Shown: positions 1-12,051, numbered from the stretch's first letter. The stretch is 38,023 nucleotides of DNA from Octopus bimaculoides (GCF_001194135.2 NC_068989.1:70598269-70636291), one strand, 5' to 3'. Program-made: numbers and translations. The notes: generated by a model not told the origin, from the letters alone.

Positions 1-112
1 ATATATATATATATATATATATATATACTTTCTCATTATTGCTCTACTTCTATAATGAATTAATCAGGAGCTGAAATATTAAATCAGCTTATTTGATGCT
101 AAAATGAAGTTA

Positions 113-420
113 TGTGGCTTAATGGTTAGAGTGATTGGCTAATGATCATAATATTGTGGGTTCAATTCATAGACCAGGCATTGCATTGTGTCCTTGAGCA
201 AGGCACTGCATTTCATTCTGCTCCAATCTGCTCATCTGACAATGCATACCAGCTGAGTACTGGTGCCACTCTCTCTCCATCTGTGTCATGCAGTCAGAGA
301 GTGGGAGAGTCAATAGGGTGCCTATGTCTGGTCATGACTACACAGGCAGCTAAAGCAATTAGTGACAGCATGGTATGAGTTACCATGCCATACTTTTTCA
401 TGGAAGATGGCTGGCTCTTA
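113..420 (+). mobile_element. tRNA-derived CORE-type SINE (family C)
   Basis: gtggcttaatggttagag...gggttcaattc head, then gtgtccttgagcaaggcact core. Boundaries approximate. Confidence 0.7.
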
Positions 421-604
421 TTTACTGCCACAAAATTAGTCAGTGCAAAATTATGACAGTTCATTTCTCTGATTGGGTAAATATACACCAGTATTACATT
501 AATACAAGGAAGAGCAGCAGAATATGTAGCCATTCCAGGTAATCTTAGCTGAGTAAGGAATTTCTTTAGCTTTAGCAATTGCAGATGATAATAATAATAA
601 TAAT

Positions 605-1055
605 ATTTTCTCCTATAGGCAACAGGCCTTGAGTTTTGGGGGGAGTGGGGGAAAGTCAATTATATTGAGCCCAGTTATTAACTGGTATTTATTTTATCGA
701 CCTCTTCCCCACAAAAGGGATGAAAGGCAAAGTTGACCTTGGTGGAATTTGAACTCGGAATGTAAAGCTGGGAGAAATGCTACAATGCATGTTGTCCAAC
801 ATGATAATGATTCTGCCAGCTTGTCACCTCAATAATAATAATAATCCTTTCTATTATAAGCACAAGGCCTGAAATTTTAGACTAGTTGATTACATCAACC
901 ACAGTGATTGACTGGTACTTATTTCACTGATCCCGAAAGGATGAAAGGCAAAGTTGACCCTAGCAGCATTTGAGCTCAGAATATAAAGAGCTGGAAGAAA
1001 CACCATTAAGCATTCTGTCCAACTCACTAATGTCAGCCAGCTAATCACCTTAATA
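605..1055 (-). mobile_element. Two tandem family-A tRNA SINEs separated by (AAT)n
   Basis: Repeated tgaaaggcaaagttgacc...atttgaactc...agcatt...ctgccagct blocks. Boundaries approximate. Confidence 0.8.
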
Positions 1056-1233
1056 ATAATAAAAATAACAAAATAACCAGAGTGAATTATCAAATTTTAA
1101 TTAGTGCTCCTTGAATTAAATTTAACAATATTAAATAGTTCTAACAAAGTAAACGACACTTTCATCTTCAGGTTCAACAATCAGACAACTTACAATAGAA
1201 TTCCATAGAATAAATAAGGTGGAAATTTAAATA

Positions 1234-1559
1234 CAGTAATCCCTTGACTATCGCGGGTGTTACATTCCAAAACCTCCCACAGAAATAATTAAAATCTAAG
1301 AAGATATAAATACCTATCGGCTGCAGAAACCTGTGACATACTGATGAGTCCGCAATATAAATTTACATATATTGGCCAGAAAAATCCGCGATGTACTGAG
1401 TGCGCAATAGGTGAACCGCAATGTACTGAGCACGCGATAGGTGAAGTGCAATGTATTGAGTGCGTGATAGGTGAAGCGCAATGTACTGAATGCGCGACAG
1501 GTGAAGCGCAATGTACTGAGTGCGCAACAGGTGAACCACGACATGGCAAGGGATTACTG
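1234..1559. mobile_element. pogo/Tigger-like MITE with an internal 30-bp tandem array
   Basis: Terminal inverted repeats cagtaatcccttg / caagggattactg. Left flank is TA; right flank is CA. Confidence 0.7.
1388..1537. repeat. 5 x 30-bp minisatellite (gcaatgtactgagtgcgcaataggtgaacc)
   Basis: Five aligned units, differing mostly by CpG-type transitions. Confidence 0.95.
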
Positions 1560-1865
1560 CATAATGATTCTAAGTAAACATACAAGACCGTTACTAGGAA
1601 TCTAGTATATTTAAAAAGGTAAAAAACAAAACAAAACAAACAAAAAACATCAATAACATATATAAAAAGATATTTTGTTAATAACACAAACATATAAAGC
1701 CAAGTTAAATATAAACAACAAAAGCAATGGCAATAAAGATGGGAAGGGAGGTATTATAACAAATACATGAAATTAAGATTCCATAATTCAGAATTAATAA
1801 TCATTACTGGTTACTTTGTACTATAATACTAAGGTCAGATTATTATATCAGTTATGACTGATTAA

Positions 1866-2106
1866 CCCTTTTCTTACCAACCAACCAGAAACCACCCCTG
1901 GTTCTACCATACAATGATCTAAATAAACCCTTCAATTGCAGAATTAAATTTCATTGCTTTTCCAGTAATATTACATATCTACATTAAACAGAATTGGTAT
2001 TTTCTTCAAGTCACATTGTTACAATAAATTCAACATATCTTAATAAGAAAAATTGTTTCAAACATGACATTTTGAGTGGATATATCTGATTTCCACAGTG
2101 AAAGGG
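1866..2106. mobile_element. TTAA-flanked MITE (piggyBac-like termini)
   Basis: ttaa|cccttt ... aaaggg|ttaa. The terminal inverted repeat is short. Confidence 0.55.
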
Positions 2107-3754
2107 TTAAAACCTCTCTCCAGAATCTCATGCCAATTTCTGTTTCAAAAACCACTTTGATAATGACAAAATTATTTTTGATAAATTCCTCATTGTTTAT
2201 GTAGATTAAGTTGGCAGTTCTGTCAAATAAACAACTGGAATACCCATTTCTGAAATAGATGGAGTACTCATTTATATTATAGGGTTACAACTTATCTCCA
2301 GTTTCTCTAGCATTAAACAGATGAGAGATAAAGTGCCCTTTTGTTAAGGTGCAAGTCTAACTTGAAGAGGAAACTTGTTCACACAGAATTATTTGGGTCA
2401 AGTATTGTAAACTAACAAAATACTCATCAAATATGCAGTGATCTCTTGCTTTCTCCTTAGATGGACTTAGTCATTGAGAATCCAAGGTTTAGCTATGGAC
2501 ATAGCAAAACAGTGAAGAAGGGATACTAGCAATTGACACTGGCTTGAAGGCAAACAGCCTATTGACTTAACTAGCTTACAGTTCATACACACACACACAC
2601 ACAAATACACACATGCATGTAAGCACATAAGTACAAAACAAGTTGGAGGAAATAGGACTCAAGTACCTAATGTAGAGTAAAATAGTGGCTTAGAGAAGCT
2701 GAAATGACTTCACGAACTATTACTCAGAGCTTCATGTAACCGATCATCAAATGATCAGTTATATGAAACTGAGTAACAGTTAGTAAAGTCTTTATGCATT
2801 AAAATTTTTTCAACTTTTCTCCATTTGCATGATCCTTCAAGAAGACAAGGCACCATCAATGAATAATCAGACCTGCTGACTTTAATTGCAAGACAAGAGA
2901 AGTAGTGGTGCTCATGCTATTTCATAAATGCATTAGCAGAAGAGATGAAATATCTAGAACTGTGAGTCATTGGGAGTATATCAACAACATTTGCAGACAG
3001 TATGTGCATGCAAAAATACATGTGTTAGTGAAGGGTTTCAGAGGAGACCATCTTCCACTTACATGAGCAAAGATCATCAATGTGGCTCCTTTTATATGCA
3101 CAAAAATGCCTAAAAACAGCACCTTTCTCACAAGAGGTCATCAGAATGACCCTTCTTTGTGAGAAAAGGTCACCAAGTAGTCCCACTCACATGAATGAAA
3201 TTCATCATTGTAGGACCTGTCATACAAAAAAATGTCAACAAAGTACCCACTCCTACATTGGTGATGGTCAGCAAAAGGATTGTCCTTAAATGAGTGTAGA
3301 CCAGTGAAACCTTAACCTTTAAAATTCAGGTTTATTAGTTTAACTCCATCTCAAGCAAGTTTCAAACATTACATTAAATTAATCCAAAGAAGTTAACTTT
3401 AACATGCTATGTTTTAAATAAAATATTATCACATACTTTTAATGTTATTGAAAATGCAACCAACAGTCAGACAGATACACTACTTATTGTTCTAAGTACT
3501 TTATTTAAACCTGAGTGATGGGATTCAAAGTAAGAACGTATATGAGTGGCATATTATTATTATTATTATTTCAAAATTTTTTTTTATATCTCACCCTTAT
3601 GGTGGAATTTAGGTAGGTTTACTCTAGGGTAATAAGTCACCACGTGTGACCTCAGCCATCCAGGAACTTTTGAATGATCGTGGTAATTCCTAATAAGCAG
3701 GCCAGTTGCATGCATTCTATGTACTTCTGCAAGCCACATCATCATTATTACTTA

Positions 3755-4640
3755 TTAAAGCAGCAAGCTGGGTATTTCTTTTGACTTTCACCTTTTAAGT
3801 TTTAATTGAACCCTGGTCTGCCTTTCATCCTTTTGGGGTTGATAAAATAAATAAGCATCAGTTGAGTACCAGGGTTGATGTAATTAATTGACTTAGCTCT
3901 CTCTGAAATTTCATATAGCTCTTGACATTTTGATTTCAGATCTGGCCAAGGCTAACTTTTCTTTTCATCTTTTTGGGGTCAATAAAATAAAGTGCCAGTG
4001 AAGTACTGGGGAGTTGATGTAATCAACTAAGCATCTCCCCTTAAAAAATTGCTTGCCTTATGCCAAAATTTGAAATGATTATTATTATTATTAAGGTGGC
4101 AAGCTAGCAGAGTTGTTAGCGTGCCAGGTGAAATGCTTAGCAGCATTTCATCCGTCGCTACATTCTGAGTTCAAATTCCACCAAGGTTGACTTTGCTTTT
4201 CATCCTTGAGAATTAATAAATTAAGTACAAGTGGAACATTGGGATTGATGTAATTGATTAGCTCCTCCCACAAAATTTCAGCCCTTGTACCTTTAGTAGA
4301 AAAGATTATTATTATTATTATTAAATGTGGCAAGGTAGCAGAATTGTTAGGGTGCTGGAATAAATGCAGTGTGGTATGTGTTCCAGCTCTTTACATTCTA
4401 CCTGGGGTTGGTAACAAATAGTACCAGCTAAGTACTAAAGTTGATGGCATCAATTAACCCCACCCCTTCAAAATTACTGACCTTGCACCTAAATCAGAAA
4501 CCATTTAAAGGTGGTGAGCTGGCTGATTCATTAGAGCATTAGAAATGAAGTCTTTATTAACATTCTTTTACATTTTAAGTTCAAATCTTACTAGGGGTAG
4601 TTTCATTTTTTTTCTCACCCTGGAATCCATAACTTGGCCC
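3755..4640 (+). mobile_element. Chain of ~5 full or partial family-A SINEs with (TAT)n linkers
   Basis: Repeated aaggtggcaagctagcagag...gagttcaaattcc...gactttgcttttcatcc...aagtac blocks. Boundaries approximate. Confidence 0.8.
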
Positions 4641-5539
4641 TGTGAATTAGTGGCCTTTAACCTTTGGTTAGAAATTGTTTATTGATGTTACAACAAAGAA
4701 TGGGTATTTTTGATTTTGCTTGTACCATATTCCAAAAATTAACATTTCTTAATTCCTTCTCGGGCCCTCCTATTTTTGTGTTAAGGCCTTGTAAATTAAA
4801 AGAAACATTTTCTTTCCTCATTTTCTGTTTTTCTCTATCGAAATACAAAACATTGCAAATGGAAGGCATCAACAACCTCAACAAACCAAAATATTAAAAT
4901 TTAAAAAAAAAACCCCTTTGTGTTTAATAAAGATAATAATTAGTGAAAACTAATCAAAACATGCATGGTATATATTCATCACCAACTTGAGTTAGAGAAA
5001 AGAACAAAAAGACCCTCCCCCCCACCAATAAACCAACACATTAAGGGGAGAGTTTCTAAAAGCTGAGAACTGAAACAGGAGAGAAACTGTTGATAGACAT
5101 TTGAGCCAATGCAAATGTTGGATAATGACAGGAATATTCCTGAGGAAGTTAAGCAATGGAATATTGCATCCAAAATGTCAACAACTAAGAGAAACACTCC
5201 CTGTCCCACCCTCTGCAAGCTCGTTTTTAAGACTGTAATTTTTAATAAAACATTTTGTTATTACTACATTGCTACTGAGGAATTCAAGAGGTCTTACGTA
5301 TTAATATATCAGGTTGTATAGAAAGTTCTGTCTGATTACAAGTCTGTAATTTTGTAAAGATTACCAATACTGATGGCATTCAATTGATGTAAAATCATTT
5401 TATGAAGAATTTCCATAGAGCAACAACCATATTTTAGTAAATTAATTTTCTGTTTGAAGAACTCATCGTGGAACCAAGTAAAGAGCCTATTTGTTACATT
5501 ATTCTTTATGAGTTTCATTGAGGTTTTAATGCAAATGTA

Positions 5540-6075
5540 ATAACCATAAATAACTTGGTGAAGGTGAAGAATTCAGACATGGCAATTTCAATTTGCTTAG
5601 TGAGCCTAGATCAGGATTGCCTTCAAAATTGGATGCCGAAATGCAAGGAATCCTGCTGTGACAGTGAAAGAGCTTTTAACTGAATTTAATATCAGCATTC
5701 TAGCCATTCATAATCATTTAAAAGAGCTAAGAAAGTTTTAAAGTGTAGAAATTGGGTTATGTTCTTTCAGCAGGAAATTGTCAATAAAGGCTCCAATCAT
5801 GTAACATCTAAGCACCATTTTAAACCATATCATGACTAGAGATGAGAAATAGATTGTTTACAGCAACACTGGTTTCAAATTTCGGCATAAGGTCAGCAAT
5901 TCCAACCGGTACGTATTTTATCGATCCCGGCAGAATTTGAACTCAGAACATAAAAATGGACAAACTGCTAAGCATTTTGCCCAGCATGCTAATGATTCTA
6001 CCAGCTTGCCGCCTTTGTTTACAGCAATATTAAGCACCACAGAAAGTGGTTAAACCCAGATAAAAAAAGCCTCAA
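5540..6075 (+). mobile_element. Degenerate mariner transposase relic interrupted by a SINE
   Basis: Manual translation across frameshifts: RFRHGNFNLLSEPRSGLPSKLD...NPAVTVKELLTEFNIS..AIHNHLKEL...HIMTRDEK*IVYSN|IKHHRKWLNPD. This resembles mariner EPRSGRP and IVTGDEKWI.YDN motifs. Confidence 0.75.
5867..6014 (-). mobile_element. tRNA-derived SINE (internally deleted) with 13-bp target-site duplication
   Basis: ttgtttacagcaa at 5854-5866 and 6015-6027. The minus strand starts aggcggcaagctggtagaatc (A-box-like) and contains gagttcaaattc (B-box). Confidence 0.85.
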
Positions 6076-6124
6076 GTAATTTTTTGAAATCAGGCGTTCA
6101 AAGACTTACAAACATAAAGAGAAG

Positions 6125-6287
6125 TGATGTGAAAAGCTTGCTTTCCAACCACATGGTTCCAGGTTCAGTCACATTGCATAGCACCTTGGGCAAGTCTCTT
6201 CTACTATAGCCTCAGGCCAACAAAAGCCTTGTAAGAGGATTTGATAGATGGAAACTAAAAGAAGCCTGTTATATGTATGTGTGTATG

Positions 6288-6318
<31 letters not shown>

Positions 6319-6510
6319 ATATATATATATATATATATACATATATATATCTGTGTTTGCGTCCCTGTAACTTAGCAGTTCAGCAAAAGAGACCGATACA
6401 ATAAGTACCAGGCTTAAAAAATAAGTACTAGCATTGACTTATTTGACTAAAAATTCAAGGTGATACCCCAGCATGGCCTCAATCTAATGACTGGAACAAG
6501 TAAAAGATAA
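6125..6510 (+). mobile_element. Family-B CORE-type SINE with internal (CTAT)n/(AT)n microsatellite
   Basis: aagcttgctttccaaccacatggttcc...accttgggcaagtctcttc...gaagcc, microsatellite, then gcaaaagagaccgatacaataagtacc tail. Further copies at ~7570-7790(-), 10385-10535(+), 14950-15090(+), 20755-20905(-), 22255-22410(-), 23655-23810(-), 31960-32165(-), 37090-37372(-), 37520-37860(-). Confidence 0.8.
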
Positions 6511-9035
6511 AAGATATATATGATTAAATTTGCAGTTTTAAATATGGTTTTACTTTTAAAAAAATACTAAAAGTCGAACAGAACTTTCTATATAACCTGA
6601 TATATATATCTAAGATGGCACACTTAGCTGGATTTTTGAATTTAGATACTTACAGAAATGGTTGTTGCTTAACTCTGAGTCAGCTTTGATTCAGCACACT
6701 TATGATCAAAGACATTCCAATCATGACCATTCCTTCTTGATCTTTTTTTTTTAATCTTCTTATATCTAGAACTACATTATCCAATGTTATTGAATTTTTC
6801 GGAAGGCAATAATAGGGATTTGATTGCCATTTTTAATAGACTAAACAACTGTATAAATGTTCCCTCATTAGCACTTTTACAAGAACAGTCGAATGAAATG
6901 CTTATGGCAGTATGCCAAGTTCCTACATTTTGCCTCAGAAAACATAACCACTTTCCACACTATTACTAATTTCAATGAATTATTGATATATGTCTGTCTC
7001 TTCCCTCTAACTCATTTACCTAGATTATTATTAACAGATGTACCAATTAATGATTATTAATTACAATATGGCTCGTTACATAATTTATCAAACATTTATG
7101 TAGCAGTTATTATTTCATGTGTTAACTTAAGACAGCAATAACCACAAACAGATCTGATGATTTGACGTGTTAACTCGAGGGACATATCAAAACAGATTTT
7201 TTTTTTTTAGCAAACAGCAAACTAAAAAAAAAGAAAACAACCAATAAACAACAACAACAACAAAAATATAAATAAGGAGTTGAGGTAAAGGTTTATGGTA
7301 CCAAATCACTTACCAATCCATTAAGGAAGGAATACTTACCAAATTCTTTGTTGTCTTAAAAATGAAGTTGGAAGGAAAGAAAGAAAGAAAAAAAAAATAG
7401 GAAGGTGAAGAAATTCAAAACAACATTTTTTTTTTTGTGGAAACATGAATAAGAAAGCATTCATCAAAATATTCAGAAATTTAATTAAAAAAACCCCCCT
7501 ATTTCCACATAAAGAATAACTCAATACACACACATCATTATATATTAGATCCATACATATCTATTTTATTCGTTTCCATCATTTGACTGCAGCCATACTG
7601 GAGCACCGCCTTTAGTCGAGCAAATCAACCCAAGGACTTATTTATTGTAAGCCTAGTACTTATTCTATCAGTCTCTTTTGCCAAACTGCTAAGTTATGGG
7701 GACGTAAACACACTAATTCCAGTTGTCAAGCGATGTTGGGAGCACAAACACATACATATATATATACAACGGGCTTCTTTCAGTTTCTGTCTATCTTTAC
7801 CCTTTTGTTTATATATATATATATATATCCCTCATTGAGCACTCTCTTTTGCTTTGCAAGCTGACCCCAGTAGTGCTAATGATTGGTAATTGATTCAAAC
7901 AGTGACAATTCATGATTTGAAAGGGCTCTTTAGTTGTGCTGATGGTAAGGAAACCACTAAAGTGATGGTGCCACAAAAAAATGCATTTAAGTAGTTGTTA
8001 GAAATGGCACCTGGCTCTGTGGTTCCTGTCAAATTGTCCAACTTATGCCAGTATGGAATGCAGGTGTATGAAAATGATGATAAGTAAAATCCTTTCATAT
8101 TAATTTCAATTATTAGTGTACTTTCTGTAACGGTTTTAATTCACAAGCAAAACAATTTAACAGATTGCTTAAAATTTTCTGTTTATTGTGTTACATTTCA
8201 GTGTTCATTTATTTTTTTTTTGAAAAGAAATCATAATTTCTGTTGAGTCTTCCTTTCTTTTCTCCTTTACTATTTGCTGTTGACGGCATCACATCAGTTA
8301 CTTGAATACTGTGGGTGCTAAAAACACAAGCTTGTGCTTGGAGCAGCATAAACTCAAATATATAATGTATGCAATATGTTTATCTTAATACAATGTATAG
8401 TGAGCTTATAGTTTCACCATCATTATATTTCATTATATTATATTTATGTTTCAAACACAAATTCATTGCTTTTTTTTGTGCTCTTTGCTAACATGTTGTA
8501 CATGGGGAAAATATTTTTGTAATGCTTGTGAGATACTTATTTCTGTTAGTACTATATATGTGTGCAAGCATATATACACAAACACACACACATATCCAAC
8601 TAAATCATTCATTTCATATGTTTTCGATGGATATCAACAATTACCAATGAACCTGTTTTTTCTTCTTTTTTTTTTAATTTCTCATTTTGTTAGTATTTAG
8701 CTCAACCAGACCTATAATCAGAGTGTTCCAGTGATGACCATTCAATCTTAATTGCAGATAATGTCTACAAGACTATTTAATATAATGTCATGTGCTATTC
8801 CCTTTTCTAAGACGATGTTAAGATGTAGTTTGGCAAAATTAGGTTCCTATTTCTAGAGAATCAAGTGGCTATGTTAACATTTTTTTAATGTTTCATCAGT
8901 CAGGTAAACTGGAGCAAGCTCAGTTATCTGCCTTGTTCAAGGGCACAATATTAAACATCTGCAGTGAAATTTGATCTTCTGATCATGTGATCAGTAAATC
9001 CAGTATTCTAAGCCTCACAACTATCTATAAACATC

Positions 9036-9062
9036 AGTCTGTCTGTCTGTCTGTCTGTCTGC

Positions 9063-9149
<87 letters not shown>
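9036..9149. repeat. Compound microsatellite (GTCT)n(CTAT)n(GT)n, representative of many (AT)n, (GT)n, (GA)n, (CTAT)n and (TAA)n tracts
   Basis: Direct reading. Several tracts abut the N-gaps. Confidence 0.95.
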
Positions 9150-9151
<2 letters not shown>

Positions 9152-9610
9152 GAATGTATCTTTGTTTGTATGCATGAGAAAAAGCACTTTCCATCTAATT
9201 GATTTTCCTAATAAAGCAAACTTGCAAATATTGCTTGACTCATTAACTCATTAACTAGAAAAAAAGAATTCCTGACTTAAAGACAGAATAAAACATTGTC
9301 TCACATACACACACACATCTATCCATCAATCAATATAGATAGATATGTAGGTAGATAGGAGTTGGGAATGAAATGAGTAAGAGGTAAGAATGTAAGGGAG
9401 AATAAGTGAGAGACTGAAAGAGAGACAGGACGTGTGTGTGTATGTGTGTGTATGCATGCACACATGCTTGTGCATCAGTTAGGTGGGATGGGTGAAATTC
9501 AAAAACTAAACACAATACATATTAACTGACAAGTACATTTTCTACACAATCAAATATTGTTTGTGAATTATAGAGAATTAAATGCAAATTATACTGAATG
9601 TATGTGTGTG

Positions 9611-9663
<53 letters not shown>

Positions 9664-9888
9664 TGTTGCTATTATGCAAAAGTGTCCTAAGTTCAAAATG
9701 TTGCTTTTTCACAAAACGAAAAAATAGTTTCACCATTCCATATCAAAACCGTTGTACTACACTTTGACAATTTTTGATATTTTGGCATCTGAAGCAACTG
9801 GAGATACCAGCTATTGCAAGCAAATAAATATTTTGGAAAAAATGCATTTGGCCAAATTTGGGCATACAACAATTTAACATAATAGCAG

Positions 9889-9927
<39 letters not shown>

Positions 9928-10196
9928 TACATAAATATATAAAATAAAAAATATAAATCTGCAAAGAAATGATTTAATTAACAGGAAAATCACAACATGA
10001 AAACAAGAACTATTTTCTTTANNNNNNNNNNNNNNNNNNNNNNNNNNNNNNNNNNNNNNNNNNNNNNNNNNNNNNNNNNNNNNNNNNNNNNNNNNNNNNN
10101 NNNNNNNNNNNNNNNNNNNNNNNNNNNNNNNNNNNNNNNNNNNNNNNNNNNNNNNNNNNNNNNNNNNNNNNNNNNNNNNNNNNNNNNNNNNNNNNN

Positions 10197-10304
10197 NNGT
10201 TCACTTGCGGCAGGCAAAGTGTGAGGATCACTTGATTGTTTTGATAGGTTATCCATAACTTCTTTTAAATGTGTAATCTCAGTTAAAAGGCTTATTTCCC
10301 ATTC
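10197..10304 (-). CDS. MTSS1: MTSS1-like exon (predicted 108 nt, phase 0): EWEISLLTEITHLKEVMDNLSKQSSDPHTLPAASE(Q); the last 2 nt and the donor lie in the N-gap
   Basis: cttttccag acceptor. Matches recalled EEEISMLGEITHLQ...DPHKLPSSSEQ. The 3' boundary is inferred from the homologous exon length. Confidence 0.9.
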
Positions 10305-10654
10305 CTGGAAAAGAAAAAAGTAGACAAAATTTTTTTTAAATATTGAAAAAAGTAAACAAAATGAAATTGAAAAAATATATAAGCATGGCTGTATGGTAAG
10401 AAGATTGCTTCCCATCCACCTGGTTCTGGATTCAGTTTTTCTGCATGTACCTTGGGCAAGTGTCTTCTACTATAGCCTAGAGTAGACCAATGCCTTGTGA
10501 CTGGATCTGGTAGATGGAAACTGAAAGAAACCTGTTGTGTGTGTGTGTGTGTGTGTGTGTATGTATATTGTGTATGTAAATTGTTCCCATTTTATATTTT
10601 TTATTTTGTGCATGCATATTGTTTGTTTTTGTCAATTGCATAGTATAGTAGGGT

Positions 10655-11307
10655 CAGTTGGGCGCTATCTGTGAGAAAAACAGCACCATGACACAATTCA
10701 CTCTGCCAGAAATTTGGAAAGAACATGCTGTACTACTTGGCATTCGCACTGGAAGCTCCAATATGAACATTTCAGAGTGTTTGGGTGTCAATCTGAGGAC
10801 ATGTACCAAGAGTGATAAAAATCAGACATCCAGTCAACATCATAGTATTTAGAGTGATCACTAGTGATGGTGACGATATGTCCATTCATCTTCCCACATG
10901 GCCTCAGACTCAACACAGAGGCCTACATCAAGTGCCTGGAGGAGGTAGTGCTGCCCTGGGTCAAGAGAGTGGCTGCTGGAAGACCCTATGTCTGGCAGCA
11001 GGACTCTGCACCATGCCACACAAGCAGAAAAACCCAGTCATAGCTATCAGACAATTTCTGCGACCACATCACCCCTAACATCTAGCCACCTAACTCCCCA
11101 GACTGCAACCCCCTTGATTATTATGTGGGGGGTACAGCTGAGCTAGAGACCAAAAAAACTCCTTATAACATCAAAGATGAATTGAAAGCAAGGATTATGG
11201 CAGTATTCACCAATTTAAACGAGGAGATTGTCCAGAAGAGTTGCAGGAAATTGGTTGAAGCCAATGGTGATTTTATTGAATAAATTCACTCTTTAGTATT
11301 TCAAGAC
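10655..11307 (+). mobile_element. Internally deleted Tc1/mariner DD37D (maT-type) transposase relic
   Basis: N-terminal MTQFTLPEIWK..AVLLGIR fused to VITSDG...WQQDSAPCH..*PPNSPDCNPLDYY. I count 37 residues between the 2nd and 3rd catalytic D. Stops are present, and the right end is cut by the hammerhead element. Confidence 0.88.
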
Positions 11308-12049
11308 ACTACTGCTATTTAGCCCTAGGAAGCAGTGCCACTTCCTGTCGGCTTTGACACATTTCCTGTGTCCTTATGTTTACAAGAGGGAGACAAGCAC
11401 CTCCACTTAGCTAAGTCTGCATCCAGAGACATGTCTCCCCCTTGTAAACATAAGGACACAGGAAATGTGTCAAGGCCGACAGGAAGCGGTGCTACTTCCT
11501 AGGGCTAAATAGCAGTAGTATCATTCCCTTCATGGGACTGTCACATTAAGTTGACAGCATACAACTACTTTATCGCATCACTACTGCATAATCTCTCTGA
11601 GAGATTTAGAAATGTATTATTTCTATTTTTGAAATCAGTGAATGTGTTTCACTAGAATTATTATATGTTTACGAGAGCTTGACAGGCATCTCCAACTAGC
11701 AGGCCATTGCTACTCCAGACTGATGACGAGCAAAGACTCAGAAACATGTCTTTGGATGCAGGCTTAGCTAAGTGGAGGTGCTTGTCTCCCCCTTGTAAAC
11801 ATAAGGACACAGGAAATGTGTCAAGNNNNNNNNNNNNNNNNNNNNNNNNNNNNNNNNNNNNNNNNNNNNNNNNNNNNNNNNNNNNNNNNNNNNNNNNNNN
11901 NNNNNNNNNNNNNNNNNNNNNNNNNNNNNNNNNNNNNNNNNNNNNNNNNNNNNNNNNNNNNNNNNNNNNNNNNNNNNNNNNNNNNNAATAGCAGTAGTAC
12001 TATTTCCTTCATGGGACTGTCACATTAAGTTGACAGCGTACAACTACTT

Positions 12050-12051
<2 letters not shown>
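11308..12051. mobile_element. Non-coding Penelope-like/retrozyme-like partial tandem (period 351 bp) with inverted 5' segment
   Basis: 11308-~11395 is an inverted repeat of 11432-11519. The segment starting at 11432 recurs at 11783, and 11508-11571 recurs at 11987-12051. One hammerhead motif is present. An N-gap lies at 11826-11986. Confidence 0.62.
11714..11756 (+). ncRNA. Minimal type I hammerhead motif, second family; stem II closing pair mismatched
   Basis: TCCAGA-CTGATGA-CGAG-CAAAGA-CTCA-GAAA-CATGTC-TTTGGA. Stem I is 6 bp, stem III is the palindrome ACATGT, predicted cleavage after GUC (11750). Confidence 0.68.

Noticed and set aside
294-659. 121-aa minus-strand ORF
   Set aside because: Runs through SINE sequence and a (TAA)n tract. 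No MTSS1 or other recognisable motif.
1388-1537. CRISPR-like regular repeats
   Set aside because: Contiguous tandem units with no unique spacers, in a eukaryotic intron.
1344-1577. CxxC-repeat ORF resembling a metallothionein or zinc-binding repeat
   Set aside because: It is the translation of the 30-bp array inside a MITE; the other frames are open for the same reason.
2990-3300. Possible ancient mariner N-terminal remnant
   Set aside because: The similarity to RGR.S..DE.RSGRP is too faint to support without an alignment.
9997-10231. ORFs containing X-runs (also 11707-12028, 23218-23716, 33819-34412, 37311-37556)
   Set aside because: Artefacts of N-gaps and adjacent microsatellites.
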